DNA of 62,971 bases from positions 1 through 62,971 of the forward strand of contig JAFVEL010000019.1 of NCBI GenBank assembly GCA_017475965.1, given 5' to 3'. Below the pieces are notes generated by a model. The model did no database searches, was not told the origin of the DNA, and saw nothing but the letters and a program-made list of their open reading frames with translations. This DNA comes from Alphaproteobacteria bacterium (GTDB taxonomy: Bacteria; Pseudomonadota; Alphaproteobacteria; RUG11792). Numbering within the stretch: the stretch's first letter is position 1; each line of letters opens with the position of its first letter. Both the position numbers and the translations under genes were made by a program. Positions 51,897 through 61,839 of the stretch are shown here, one piece after another.

Positions 51897-53486
51897 TTAC
51901 TGCACCTTTCCTAATTTACTACTAATTAAATTTATAGTATTTTCGATACCATATAATGATATAAATGATCCCATTCTTGGGCCATTATCTGCTCCAAATA
52001 ATATTCGATACAATGATTGGAACCATGCTTTTAGATTATCTTGATAATATTTCTTACCTATTTCGAAAACAACATTTTGCAATACATCACTATTAGTATT
52101 ACTATCAATATTACTAAGTGATTCTTTCAAATCCAATAATGCTTTTAATTGCGTTTCGTTGGGAGATTCAAATTTTCTGGTACTAGACACAAAATCATTG
52201 TAATACACAATTGCATATCTAGCTAATTTTTTCATAAATTCCAGTGTTTCTTCTGATGGATTATTTAAATATTTAGATATAAATTGCATTAGTGTATTTT
52301 CATCTGATGTATTACATGCTTGTACTAAATTTAGTAATAATGAAAACTTTAAAGCACCATTATATTGTGGAATATTACCATTATGTATGTGATACACTGT
52401 AGTATCTAATTCATTTTTTGTATTATTATAATTATTTATTTCATCTATATAACTATCCATAGCTGATGGTATAACATCGAAATAGAGTTTTTTAGCTCTC
52501 TTTGGTGCCTGATACATGTAATATGCTAAACTTTCTTCTGGAGCATATTTTAGCCACTCGTCTATCGATAATCCATTACCTTTAGATTTGGAAATTTTTT
52601 TACCTTCTTCATCCAGGAATAGTTCGTAAGTTAGATTTTCAGGAGGTATACCACCTATTGTTTTACAGATTTTTGACGATAATTTAAATGAATCAATTAA
52701 ATCTTTACCATTCATTTCATAGTCAATACCTAATGCTACCCATCTCATGCCCCAATCAGCTTTCCATTGAAGTTTACAATTACCATCTAATACTGACACT
52801 TCTTCTTTCTTATTAGTATCTGGATCAGTATATATTACTGAATAATTATTTAGATTTATTTCTTCTATATGAACTTGTAATACTTTGTGTGAAGTGGGAC
52901 TAATTGGCAATATTGGACTATATGTTTTCTGCCGTTCTTCCCTCAATGACGGAAGCATTATATTCATAATTTTACCAAAATTTTCCAAAACTTTTTTTAA
53001 ACAATTATTAAACAAGCCATTTTTATACATCTCAGTTGAGCTCTTAAATTCATATTCAAAATTAAATGAATCCAAGAATCTTCTCAACATAGCATTATTA
53101 TGATGGGCAAAACTCTCATATTTTCCAAATGGATCTGGAACGGAAGTAAGTGGCATTTCTAAATAATTTTGTAGCATTTCTTGATTAGGAACGTTAGTTG
53201 GTACTTTTCTAAATCCATCAGAATCATCTGAGAATACATACAATTTAGCTTTTATATTTGGCATCATTTTTCTAAAAGCATTCATTACTAAAGTAGTTCT
53301 TAAAACTTCTCCGAATGTTCCTATATGAGGCAGTCCAGATGGTCCATAACCTGTCTCTAGTACTATTTCGTGCTTATTTAACTTATTAACTCTGGAGACT
53401 AGTTTCCTAGCCTCCTCAAAGGGCCATGATTTAGCATTAATATAGGTATCATTCATAATTATATTGATTTCGGATAAAGCTAACAT
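51897..53486 (-). CDS. lysK: lysine--tRNA ligase, class I
   Basis: SWPFEEARKLV, GYGPSGLPHIGTFGE (HIGH-type) and KISKSKGNG (KMSKS-type). Its stop lies 1 nt before the nrdD start. The start may be the ATG at 53456. Confidence 0.93.
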   Translation of the reverse strand: MLALSEINIIMNDTYINAKSWPFEEARKLVSRVNKLNKHEIVLETGYGPSGLPHIGTFGEVLRTTLVMNAFRKMMPNIKAKLYVFSDDSDGFRKVPTNVPNQEMLQNYLEMPLTSVPDPFGKYESFAHHNNAMLRRFLDSFNFEYEFKSSTEMYKNGLFNNCLKKVLENFGKIMNIMLPSLREERQKTYSPILPISPTSHKVLQVHIEEINLNNYSVIYTDPDTNKKEEVSVLDGNCKLQWKADWGMRWVALGIDYEMNGKDLIDSFKLSSKICKTIGGIPPENLTYELFLDEEGKKISKSKGNGLSIDEWLKYAPEESLAYYMYQAPKRAKKLYFDVIPSAMDSYIDEINNYNNTKNELDTTVYHIHNGNIPQYNGALKFSLLLNLVQACNTSDENTLMQFISKYLNNPSEETLEFMKKLARYAIVYYNDFVSSTRKFESPNETQLKALLDLKESLSNIDSNTNSDVLQNVVFEIGKKYYQDNLKAWFQSLYRILFGADNGPRMGSFISLYGIENTINLISSKLGKVQ

Positions 53487-53780
53487 GATAATTCTATCAT
53501 GTGAATTTTCTATTATAAAGACTTGATATAATTCTTATTACATGATACAATTGAAATAGGATATGGGGGATTAGGGTGTGTTTTATTTCATCAAAAAATT
53601 ATTATGTGAATATTGTACCACAAGCAGTGTATTTCATTTAAATATAGACTAATATTGTAACAATAATATTGTAGATAAGTTTGTACATTTTTTATAAAGT
53701 GTATTATTATAGATATAAGGTTAAGATTTGATAAAGTAGATATACTCTCTACCATATACAAATCTATTTTATATTATATA

Positions 53781-56750
53781 TTATTCTTGGTTGTTCTTTA
53801 ATTTGTTTATCTTATATTGTATTACATCAAGAAATAGTTTTTTTACAGGACCTTTTTCATAATTTTTTATGTCTTTTGTACACTCATACAGTTGTTCAAT
53901 AATTTTCTTAAAAAATTTAACATCTTCTGACTCGTTGTTTATTTGATTATTAGTAAAAGGCATATCAATATTGAAATTTTTATTTCTTTTGAACTCACAA
54001 TCCAGAAATTTGTTAGAATTGTCAATTGCGAATTTCATCGCATCATACTGTAATTTAAATAATATCTTTGAATTTTCATCATTCGAATTACGCTTATTTA
54101 TTACGTAATCAAGTGTGGAAATTAATGTATTTTCAAAATGCTGAGCCATTGTATCATAATATATTGTAATTTCTGGATTGTTTTCATTACAATAATATAA
54201 TGTATTTGCGTCTAAAAATCTAGCTACAAAATTCCTAATAAATGGTGTTTTATTTATTGTTTTTAGGAACTTGTTATTATTATATACTATTGATTCATAA
54301 TACTCATTAATATTTGAAAATATTTGACTGTTAATATTATTTTGAAATTTTTTCAATGCTGTATTGGTGTCATTTGATAGTGTTATTTCATTTTCAATAC
54401 TTCTTGAGGTACAATTGATTATAAGATTTTGCCATGATGTATTATAATTTTTTTGTAAGCATGTATCGATTATATTATTAATATCGGGATTGTTTTTTAT
54501 CTTTGGTAGTTGTAATGCTTGCAACTGCCATTGTTTGTTTTGTTGAATTTTATTGTTTAATTTCTGAACTTCTATAATGTAATAAATAGTATCTAATATC
54601 TTTTTAATATCTGTATAATTAACATCTTGTTCATTTCCAGGTGTTGATCCATTATTTTGTTTTATATTGTTATTAAATTGTTTTACAATATTATTATTCC
54701 AATAATTTAGCAATTTTAATAATACGTAGTTATTATGTAAATTAGTACCATTAATATTATTACTATCTGTGAATCGTATATTATTTAATAGTGTTGTTTT
54801 ATCTAACAAAATATTATCTCTTTCTTTCTGTGTATTAATTGCATTTTGCTTATTGATTTCATCGGAAATTTTCTCAAATATGTCATCGAATTTCTCGTTA
54901 GAAATTGTCATATTACCGTTCTTATTCTTCTTATTTTTCTTTTTATTATGAAATTTTTTATCTTTATTATCTAAGATATTTAACTTTTGATTTTGTATTG
55001 TATTATTATTTATTTTGTTATTTTCTTCTTGTGTGTTGTGTTCAGGTTCGGGAACATACAGTTGCTCTTCTTTAGAATAAACCAATTTACCGAAATTCAA
55101 TGCGTTGTGATTATTATTTGTCTTTATTTCCTTTTCCTCTTCTGTTGTATCTTCATTTGCATGTTCTTTCATATAATTGTTATTGGTATTAAGCATAGTT
55201 TGTTCAAGTTTCTCTCTAGTTTCTGAATTTATACATATATCATTATTAAATATTTGTTTGGGATTTATTGTTTCATTATTTTCAATATTTTTTATATTAT
55301 TTAAACTTACGTCTTTTGTAATGTCATTTGGTGTATTAATTAAATTTATTGCTGTTTTATATTCATTATTTATATTGTCATATATTACTTCAGGTTCATT
55401 TTGCTGCACTTCATCTTTAACATAAATTGTTTTTCCATTTTTTTGTACTACTGTTCTAAATTCATACTCATTTTCACTGCTATTGTTTAGTGGAATTCTA
55501 CTACTATTATTATTAATATTTACTGTATTTTTATAGTTATTTTTTTTGTAATATTGATTGCTTTTATCGGATTTATTTGTTTTGTTATATTTATAATGTT
55601 GTTTCTTGTTGTATTTATTCCTTTTAGATTTTATTTTTTGTTCTGAAAGCATTATATTGTCGTTTTTTTCTTGCTCTTCTTCTACAGATTTTGAATTTAA
55701 TAATTCCGCTAGATTCTTTGGTTTTTGTTGTATTTTATTTGGTTTAGTTTTATTGTCCATACTGTTTTGTGTTAATATTGTATTTTCGTTTTCAATTTGA
55801 TTAGTTTTCATTTGATCTATTCCTATACTTTGAAGTACATATTTTGTTCCATCTTTTGTATTATTAATATCAAAATTATTACTTGCACTTTGATTAATAT
55901 TGTTTTCAATTGTGTTATTGTTAAACAATTGATTTATTTGCATACTCAGCATATTACACATTAATTCATTACACTGTGCTAACGATCTCATTATATTAAG
56001 TTGTTGATTATATAAATATATGTTCTGTTGCGAATTATGTGCGATTTGGTGAAGCTGACCAATTGTATTACAATTCGAGGATATTTTATTTATTAATAAA
56101 TCTATATTCGTTGTGTTGTTTTGATAAGTATAATTATTTGATATGTCTAACAACATTTGATTTTTTGGAATATATGGTTTTGCATCTAGATTCTTTTTTA
56201 CATGATTAAAATCGGTTCTTTGCTGTACTTTCCAATTTAAATTATTATTATTGTTTTTCCAGTTTGTATCTTCTATTTCAAAGTAGTGTTTATTATCTAT
56301 ATTGGGATAGTGTTTATTATTTTTATGCATTTTATATTTATTAAATTTTATTTTATTATTTTTATATGTATTGTTTTTTAATTTTGGATATTCTGTTGTT
56401 TCTGTAATGGTTTCGATTACATTATGAAATGCATCATTATTATTTTTGAATTCACCACCAGGTGTTTCTTTATTTCCTTCTTCATCGCTACTACTTATAT
56501 CCTCATATATATTTTTTAAACTATATTCTGCTTTATTATTACTATTTATTACATTACTGTATTGGGCAATATTCCTATTGTATGTTGTATTAAAACCCAA
56601 ATCTAAATTAAAGTTTGTGGTATTAATAATGGCATTAGGATCTAATTGTAAATCATTATTGTTATATGTGCTTGCATCCATTCCAATTGCTTGGTAATTA
56701 TTCACTATTATAGCTATTGGCAAGAGTTTTAATAAATTTTTTATACTCAT
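53781..56750 (-). CDS. giant Asn/Lys-rich secreted orphan protein (989 aa)
   Basis: Signal-like MSIKNLLKLLPIAIIVNNYQAIG. 989 uninterrupted codons in a stop-rich AT context. The middle is low complexity and the C-terminal third is more complex. No family recognised. Confidence 0.65.
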   Translation of the reverse strand: MSIKNLLKLLPIAIIVNNYQAIGMDASTYNNNDLQLDPNAIINTTNFNLDLGFNTTYNRNIAQYSNVINSNNKAEYSLKNIYEDISSSDEEGNKETPGGEFKNNNDAFHNVIETITETTEYPKLKNNTYKNNKIKFNKYKMHKNNKHYPNIDNKHYFEIEDTNWKNNNNNLNWKVQQRTDFNHVKKNLDAKPYIPKNQMLLDISNNYTYQNNTTNIDLLINKISSNCNTIGQLHQIAHNSQQNIYLYNQQLNIMRSLAQCNELMCNMLSMQINQLFNNNTIENNINQSASNNFDINNTKDGTKYVLQSIGIDQMKTNQIENENTILTQNSMDNKTKPNKIQQKPKNLAELLNSKSVEEEQEKNDNIMLSEQKIKSKRNKYNKKQHYKYNKTNKSDKSNQYYKKNNYKNTVNINNNSSRIPLNNSSENEYEFRTVVQKNGKTIYVKDEVQQNEPEVIYDNINNEYKTAINLINTPNDITKDVSLNNIKNIENNETINPKQIFNNDICINSETREKLEQTMLNTNNNYMKEHANEDTTEEEKEIKTNNNHNALNFGKLVYSKEEQLYVPEPEHNTQEENNKINNNTIQNQKLNILDNKDKKFHNKKKNKKNKNGNMTISNEKFDDIFEKISDEINKQNAINTQKERDNILLDKTTLLNNIRFTDSNNINGTNLHNNYVLLKLLNYWNNNIVKQFNNNIKQNNGSTPGNEQDVNYTDIKKILDTIYYIIEVQKLNNKIQQNKQWQLQALQLPKIKNNPDINNIIDTCLQKNYNTSWQNLIINCTSRSIENEITLSNDTNTALKKFQNNINSQIFSNINEYYESIVYNNNKFLKTINKTPFIRNFVARFLDANTLYYCNENNPEITIYYDTMAQHFENTLISTLDYVINKRNSNDENSKILFKLQYDAMKFAIDNSNKFLDCEFKRNKNFNIDMPFTNNQINNESEDVKFFKKIIEQLYECTKDIKNYEKGPVKKLFLDVIQYKINKLKNNQE

Positions 56751-56944
56751 ATATTGTCACTTCAAAGGTAAATGGTTGTTTAATCCATAATCATTTTATA
56801 ATACGAAATACAATATACTCAAGCATAAAATATTAAATAATCTTAAAATTTTATACAAATAATATAGGTAAGTTATTTCTGTAAAGTATGGTTTACGTGA
56901 TACAATACAAAATATAATTATAATATATTGTCATTTTTATAAAA

Positions 56945-58060
56945 TTGTCAAATAAATTTTACATAATAATTATTATAATACTATGTAATACAATTGTAGG
57001 ATGCAAGAATAAAAAAAATATAAATATTAATACTATAATATCTAGTAATTTAATTCAAGATATAATAAACGAAGTAAAAGAAAATTATGTAGAAATCATT
57101 AGTAATGAAACATTAGAAATAAATGCTATTAATGGAATAATTAATTCATTAGATGAATATTCTAGATATATTACTAAAGAAGAATTTGATTTTATAAATA
57201 AATCTACTAGAGGAGTATTTCTAGGTATAGGTATTGAAATTAATAAATTAAAAGATGGTATAGAAATTAAATCTGTACTAAAAAATAGTCCAGCATCCAA
57301 TATAGGATTAAAAAAGGGAGACATAATTATCTCAATAGATAATACAAATATAAATCATCTTTCAATGAAACACATAATAAATATATTGAATAATAATAGT
57401 AAATTACAGTATAAACTGACAATATTGCGTGATAAAGCAAATACAATAGAACTAGTGCTAAAGAAAGACATAATAAAATTAAATAGTATCAATACTCACA
57501 TAATAGACAATATATTAATGTTGAATATTTCATTTTTCAATGAAGATACAGTACGTGAAACAATAGAACAAATAAATAAATTACGCTACAAAAACATCAA
57601 AGGAATAATAATAGATTTAAGAAATAACCCAGGTGGATGTATTAATGATGCCATTGATTTTTGTGATTTATTCTTGTGTAATAAAACAATTACCATTATA
57701 AAACACAGAAAAAATAACAAATCTGAAATAATACAATCAAATAATAATGACATTACAAATGATATACCAATAGTAATATTAATTAATTCTCAAACTGCTT
57801 CTTGTGCAGAATTAGTAGCAGCTGCATTAGCAGATAACAAACGAGCTATACTAATAGGAGAAAAAACATATGGTAAAGGAGCAATCCAATCCATTATACC
57901 TATTCCAGGAAGAGGAGCATTACAACTAACTACTGCTTATTTCTACTCTCCAAATGGAAAGGAAATTAATAAAAATGGAGTAGAACCCAATATAAATATC
58001 ATTCAATCTAATGATAATGATCAAATGTTGATAAAATCAATAGAAATATTAACTAAATAA
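56945..58060 (+). CDS. ctpA: carboxy-terminal processing peptidase (S41, Ctp/Prc family), lipoprotein
   Basis: TTG start and lipobox ILCNTIVGC. PDZ domain GIGIEI..LKDGIEIKSVLKNSPASNIGLKKGDIIISID. S41 motifs IIIDLRNNPGG, NSQTASCAELVAAAL and GEKTYGKG. Confidence 0.88.
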   Translation: MSNKFYIIIIIILCNTIVGCKNKKNININTIISSNLIQDIINEVKENYVEIISNETLEINAINGIINSLDEYSRYITKEEFDFINKSTRGVFLGIGIEINKLKDGIEIKSVLKNSPASNIGLKKGDIIISIDNTNINHLSMKHIINILNNNSKLQYKLTILRDKANTIELVLKKDIIKLNSINTHIIDNILMLNISFFNEDTVRETIEQINKLRYKNIKGIIIDLRNNPGGCINDAIDFCDLFLCNKTITIIKHRKNNKSEIIQSNNNDITNDIPIVILINSQTASCAELVAAALADNKRAILIGEKTYGKGAIQSIIPIPGRGALQLTTAYFYSPNGKEINKNGVEPNINIIQSNDNDQMLIKSIEILTK

Positions 58061-58291
58061 TAACGATACAATTTCAAATTATAACTTGCAATGTTTGGCA
58101 ATACTTAATATGTATTATATAGACATTTTATTAAATAAAATAGTTAATGGATTTTTAAATTTGTATAAATAAAATTTTAATTTAATTAATAATTATAGAT
58201 GTTTTATAATTATTTTATATTTATTTAATTTGATTTTTTTTATAAACAGTGATAACATTTTAATGTAGTCATTAAAAAAAATTGAAGAATA

Positions 58292-59149
58292 TTGAATTAC
58301 ATAAGACATAGAATATTAAGTATATTATTACTCATTAGTGTTGGTTTTGGCCAAGATATAGATGATAAACATTTTGATTCATATATATCAATTAAATATA
58401 ATACTATAAAAGCATTATCTGAAAATATAGAATTTAATCCAGTAACATTATTAAATATTACAACCAGTGTTCCAAATTTTAATAATGTAAAAATACTTCC
58501 AATATCTCCAAATAATATATTAAATAATACGCCAATAATTCCCAGTAATATATATAATACTAAAAATGAAAATACACTTTTAGATAACAAATTATTAGCA
58601 CCAGTACATGATGAAAAGCCAGTAAAATCACAATTAAAACAAGTAAAACACAAGATTGATAAATCACATTTAAAAATAAAGCAGAAACAAACTACTAAAA
58701 AATATCCTGTGAAAAATTCATCAATAAAAGGATTAATAGCACAAGCAGAATCAAAAAAGAATATCCCATCTGGATTACTAAAGGCAATAGGACTGGTTGA
58801 GTCTAAATTGCAACCATACGTAATTAACTATCATGGTAGAGGATATTCATTTAGAAACAAAAGTGAAGCTACAAACTTTGCTAATAATCTAATTAGACAA
58901 GGAAAAACGAATTTTTCAGTAGGATGTTTTCAATTACATTACCAATCTCATGCAAAACAATTTAAATCTGTAAGTGCAATGTTAGAACCGTCTAAAAATA
59001 TAGAATATGCTTCTAAATTATTAAAGCAATTATATAAAAATAATGGTTATAAATGGTCAAATGCAGTAAAAAGATATCATTCTAATATAGATTCTCGCAA
59101 TAATATATATTATGCTAAAGTTACAAATAAATTAGGTAGATACGTATAA
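58292..59149 (+). CDS. lytic transglycosylase (SLT domain, IagB/VirB1-like)
   Basis: The C-terminal domain reads IPSGLLKAIGLVESKLQPYVIN...GKTNFSVGCFQLHYQSH...IEYASKLLKQLY. It shows a catalytic E-S and a G..Q pattern. TTG start and signal-like N terminus. Confidence 0.7.
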   Translation: MNYIRHRILSILLLISVGFGQDIDDKHFDSYISIKYNTIKALSENIEFNPVTLLNITTSVPNFNNVKILPISPNNILNNTPIIPSNIYNTKNENTLLDNKLLAPVHDEKPVKSQLKQVKHKIDKSHLKIKQKQTTKKYPVKNSSIKGLIAQAESKKNIPSGLLKAIGLVESKLQPYVINYHGRGYSFRNKSEATNFANNLIRQGKTNFSVGCFQLHYQSHAKQFKSVSAMLEPSKNIEYASKLLKQLYKNNGYKWSNAVKRYHSNIDSRNNIYYAKVTNKLGRYV

Positions 59150-59243
59150 TAAATTAATTTATTTATTACTAAGTATAACAAAGTAATGAAAGTATAATGA
59201 ATCTATATTATATATAATAGAGAGAATATTAAACTGTAATTAA

Positions 59244-60086
59244 ATGTTTAGGAAAATTATATTATATGCAAAGGTAGCAAGAATACAGGCTCTATTAATG
59301 TCTGTCTTACCTTGTATATTATCATATGTTTATTGTACAAGGTACTATAATAATACCAATCTGAATTTAATTGCATTTGTTTTTACTTGCATATCATTTA
59401 CTTTATTTAATCTTGCTGTTAATACTATTTCAGAATATAGAGATTGTATTAAGGGAATAGACAATCCTAATTCTCCAGGAACAAAATATAGACTAGTAAC
59501 TGGTATTGTTCCAAAAAAGAATGTGTTAAGAATCGGAATAGTAGCATTTATAATTGCTAGCATATGTGGTATTTTTGCATTATATTATTCCTCATTTCAT
59601 TTATTAATACCAGGAATAATGGGAGCTAGTATTGCACTATTTTATAGTGAATTTCCATTTAAATTGAAATACAGAGCATTAGGAGAAGTATGTGTATTTA
59701 TATGTTATGGATTACTATTAGGATTTTCAACTGTATTTGCATTAACTAACAATTGTAATGTAGTAGATATAATTACCTTTATACCAGGAGGATTATTAAT
59801 TACATGTGTTATACTTGCAAATAATATAAGAGACTACTATTTTGATTTAAGAAAAACAAATACAATAGTAACAAAACTTGGATTAAAAAAATCATATGTT
59901 ATTTTGTATACACTAGCTAGTTTATCCTTTGTAATAAATTGTATATTAGGATACTATGTTGTATTATTATCATATCCAATATTACTAATATCTTTGAAAT
60001 TCAAAGGACATCCAAAATTCATAAACTTTTTTGGTGTTTTGTTTTTTATAAGTGAAATGCTTATTATTTCTTATTTATTAATATAA
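59244..60086 (+). CDS. menA: 1,4-dihydroxy-2-naphthoate polyprenyltransferase (UbiA family, MenA-like)
   Basis: NTISEYRDCIKGIDN matches the MenA pattern N.Y.D..KG.D. ANNIRDYYFDLRKTNTIVTKLG matches NN.RD...D...GK.TL...LG. It has 8-9 TM segments. Confidence 0.78.
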   Translation: MFRKIILYAKVARIQALLMSVLPCILSYVYCTRYYNNTNLNLIAFVFTCISFTLFNLAVNTISEYRDCIKGIDNPNSPGTKYRLVTGIVPKKNVLRIGIVAFIIASICGIFALYYSSFHLLIPGIMGASIALFYSEFPFKLKYRALGEVCVFICYGLLLGFSTVFALTNNCNVVDIITFIPGGLLITCVILANNIRDYYFDLRKTNTIVTKLGLKKSYVILYTLASLSFVINCILGYYVVLLSYPILLISLKFKGHPKFINFFGVLFFISEMLIISYLLI

Positions 60087-60466
60087 ATATTGCTCCTGAA
60101 ATATTCTGAATAATTATATATAGTAAAAATAATATTAAAACTAATATTTTGTTTTTGATTATTAATGGTCAAATTTTCAATATGACAATCTTTTATTCTT
60201 GGTTCATGTAACATAATACATTGTTTTATATTATCAGATAATTGTTCTAATTTATCCATTTTATTGATATTATCAAAAGCTAATAAATCTAATATTCCAT
60301 AGTTAAATGGATTATTTTTAGTTCCTTTAAAATCTTTTATATTGATTGGTAATCTTAATCTAGTAGATAATATATTATATATTTCCGAAATTATAGATTT
60401 ACCAAATTCATTTACATCTTTTAAATATGTACTATTATTGAATTTATCAAAAAATGACCTATCCAA
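60071..60466 (-). CDS. tssE: type VI secretion baseplate subunit TssE-like (gp25 family)
   Basis: SFFDKF N terminus, IISEIYNILSTRLRL, NYGILDLLAF, IKQCIMLHEPRIKDCHIENL and ISFNIIFTI. These match the order and spacing of TssE/gp25 blocks (SL.eRL; I...L..LLNTR.G; YGLPDl; I...I..fEPRL..v.V; L.F.I.a.l). Confidence 0.75.
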   Translation of the reverse strand: MDRSFFDKFNNSTYLKDVNEFGKSIISEIYNILSTRLRLPINIKDFKGTKNNPFNYGILDLLAFDNINKMDKLEQLSDNIKQCIMLHEPRIKDCHIENLTINNQKQNISFNIIFTIYNYSEYFRSNIYINK

Positions 60467-60668
60467 ATTGGAGTTATTTTGAAAGTATTATTATATAATA
60501 TATTATATTATAATATTGTTTTTTTATAAACAAAAGTGATAATAAAATTATCACAATGTAAGTTTGTATTCTGTAATTTTTAAGGTGAATTTATTTTACA
60601 AATTTATATTATATAAAAGATAATATTAAGATAATCTATAAAATATTGTAGATGTGATATACTGTCTA

Positions 60669-61175
60669 TCACAATTTATTTTCATTATAGTTTGTATATA
60701 AATACAAAGTAATAGATAGACTATGCATCCAAAATATAAATGACGATACAATAAAACTAAATAATGTCATGGATATGCCAAATATTTTAAAATTAACAGT
60801 ATCACAAGGTGGTCTTGTATTTTTTATTAGTTGTGTTGTACTCTGTAGTTCTTGAAGAGTAGGTAGTATTGTTTTACATTTTTCTGGAGCAAACCACCAA
60901 TGATTTTCAACTCCTAAGTGATAAAAACTAAAAATTAATACAAAAATTATCGAAATTAGTGGTAAAAATACAACATTTTTTTTATCAATATAATATAAAG
61001 TAAAAATGCAACCTATACTAACAATTAAAAATCCATAACGTGTGAATAAACACAATAAACATGGAATTTTATCAAACAATACTTGTGATACTAATGATGA
61101 AATGAAACAAAATAATGATATTAATAAAATAAATCTTAAGTTATTTTTATAATTTATTAACTTAATTATCCACAT
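60669..61175 (-). CDS. dsbB: disulfide bond formation protein B (DsbB family)
   Basis: 4 TM segments. First loop IPCLLCLFTRYG (C..C...R). LGVENHWWF. Second Cys pair EKC...RPPCD. Confidence 0.78.
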   Translation of the reverse strand: MWIIKLINYKNNLRFILLISLFCFISSLVSQVLFDKIPCLLCLFTRYGFLIVSIGCIFTLYYIDKKNVVFLPLISIIFVLIFSFYHLGVENHWWFAPEKCKTILPTLQELQSTTQLIKNTRPPCDTVNFKIFGISMTLFSFIVSSFIFWMHSLSITLYLYTNYNENKL

Positions 61176-61839
61176 GTATAAAACCCACCCTGAAATTCTT
61201 GTACCTCATGATAATATAAAACATTTTTTTTAAGAATTAGTTAATATTAACTATTGCATCTTAACAATCCATGCTACACTGAACATGAGGACATAAGAAA
61301 CTCACTAAAAAAAAATACAAACTCTGCCTATTCCAATTAAGGGGTTTTTAGAGAACTTGGAATAGGCCAATGAATAAAATGTCTTCTATAATTAGAACCA
61401 CTATTAATACACTAAGGGGTTTTTAGAATGTGCAAATTTAAATAAGTTCTAATATTTATATGATTTCGTCAAACAGATGTAGACTATTAATATCAACTCT
61501 GTTTCATCAAAATCACTTTTATTTTAACACTTTGTTAATAAACAATGCAAGCATTTTTTTTAAGAAAGTAAAAAATTTTTTATTTGTAATGAAATTAACT
61601 CTGAATAGTAGCAAAATAATGCTTATAAAAATTTAGTTCCATATTGAAGATATAAAGATTATTCACCACAACACCAATATATTATTGGAGGAGAATAGCT
61701 TTATTTTACACTAAATAAATAAAAATACATCTGTATCTTATTGGAACAAATATGAAATTATAATAAGTAAACAATATATTGTAATGATATGTATTATATG
61801 TTACAAGATATGTAGGGGGAGTTAATTTATTTAATCAAA

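Noticed and set aside
61222-61566. 15-nt direct repeat CATTTTTTTTAAGAA at 61222 and 61552 as possible element boundaries.
   Set aside because: It is dominated by a T homopolymer in very AT-rich DNA. Chance recurrence is plausible, and nothing mobile (transposase or integrase) lies between the copies.
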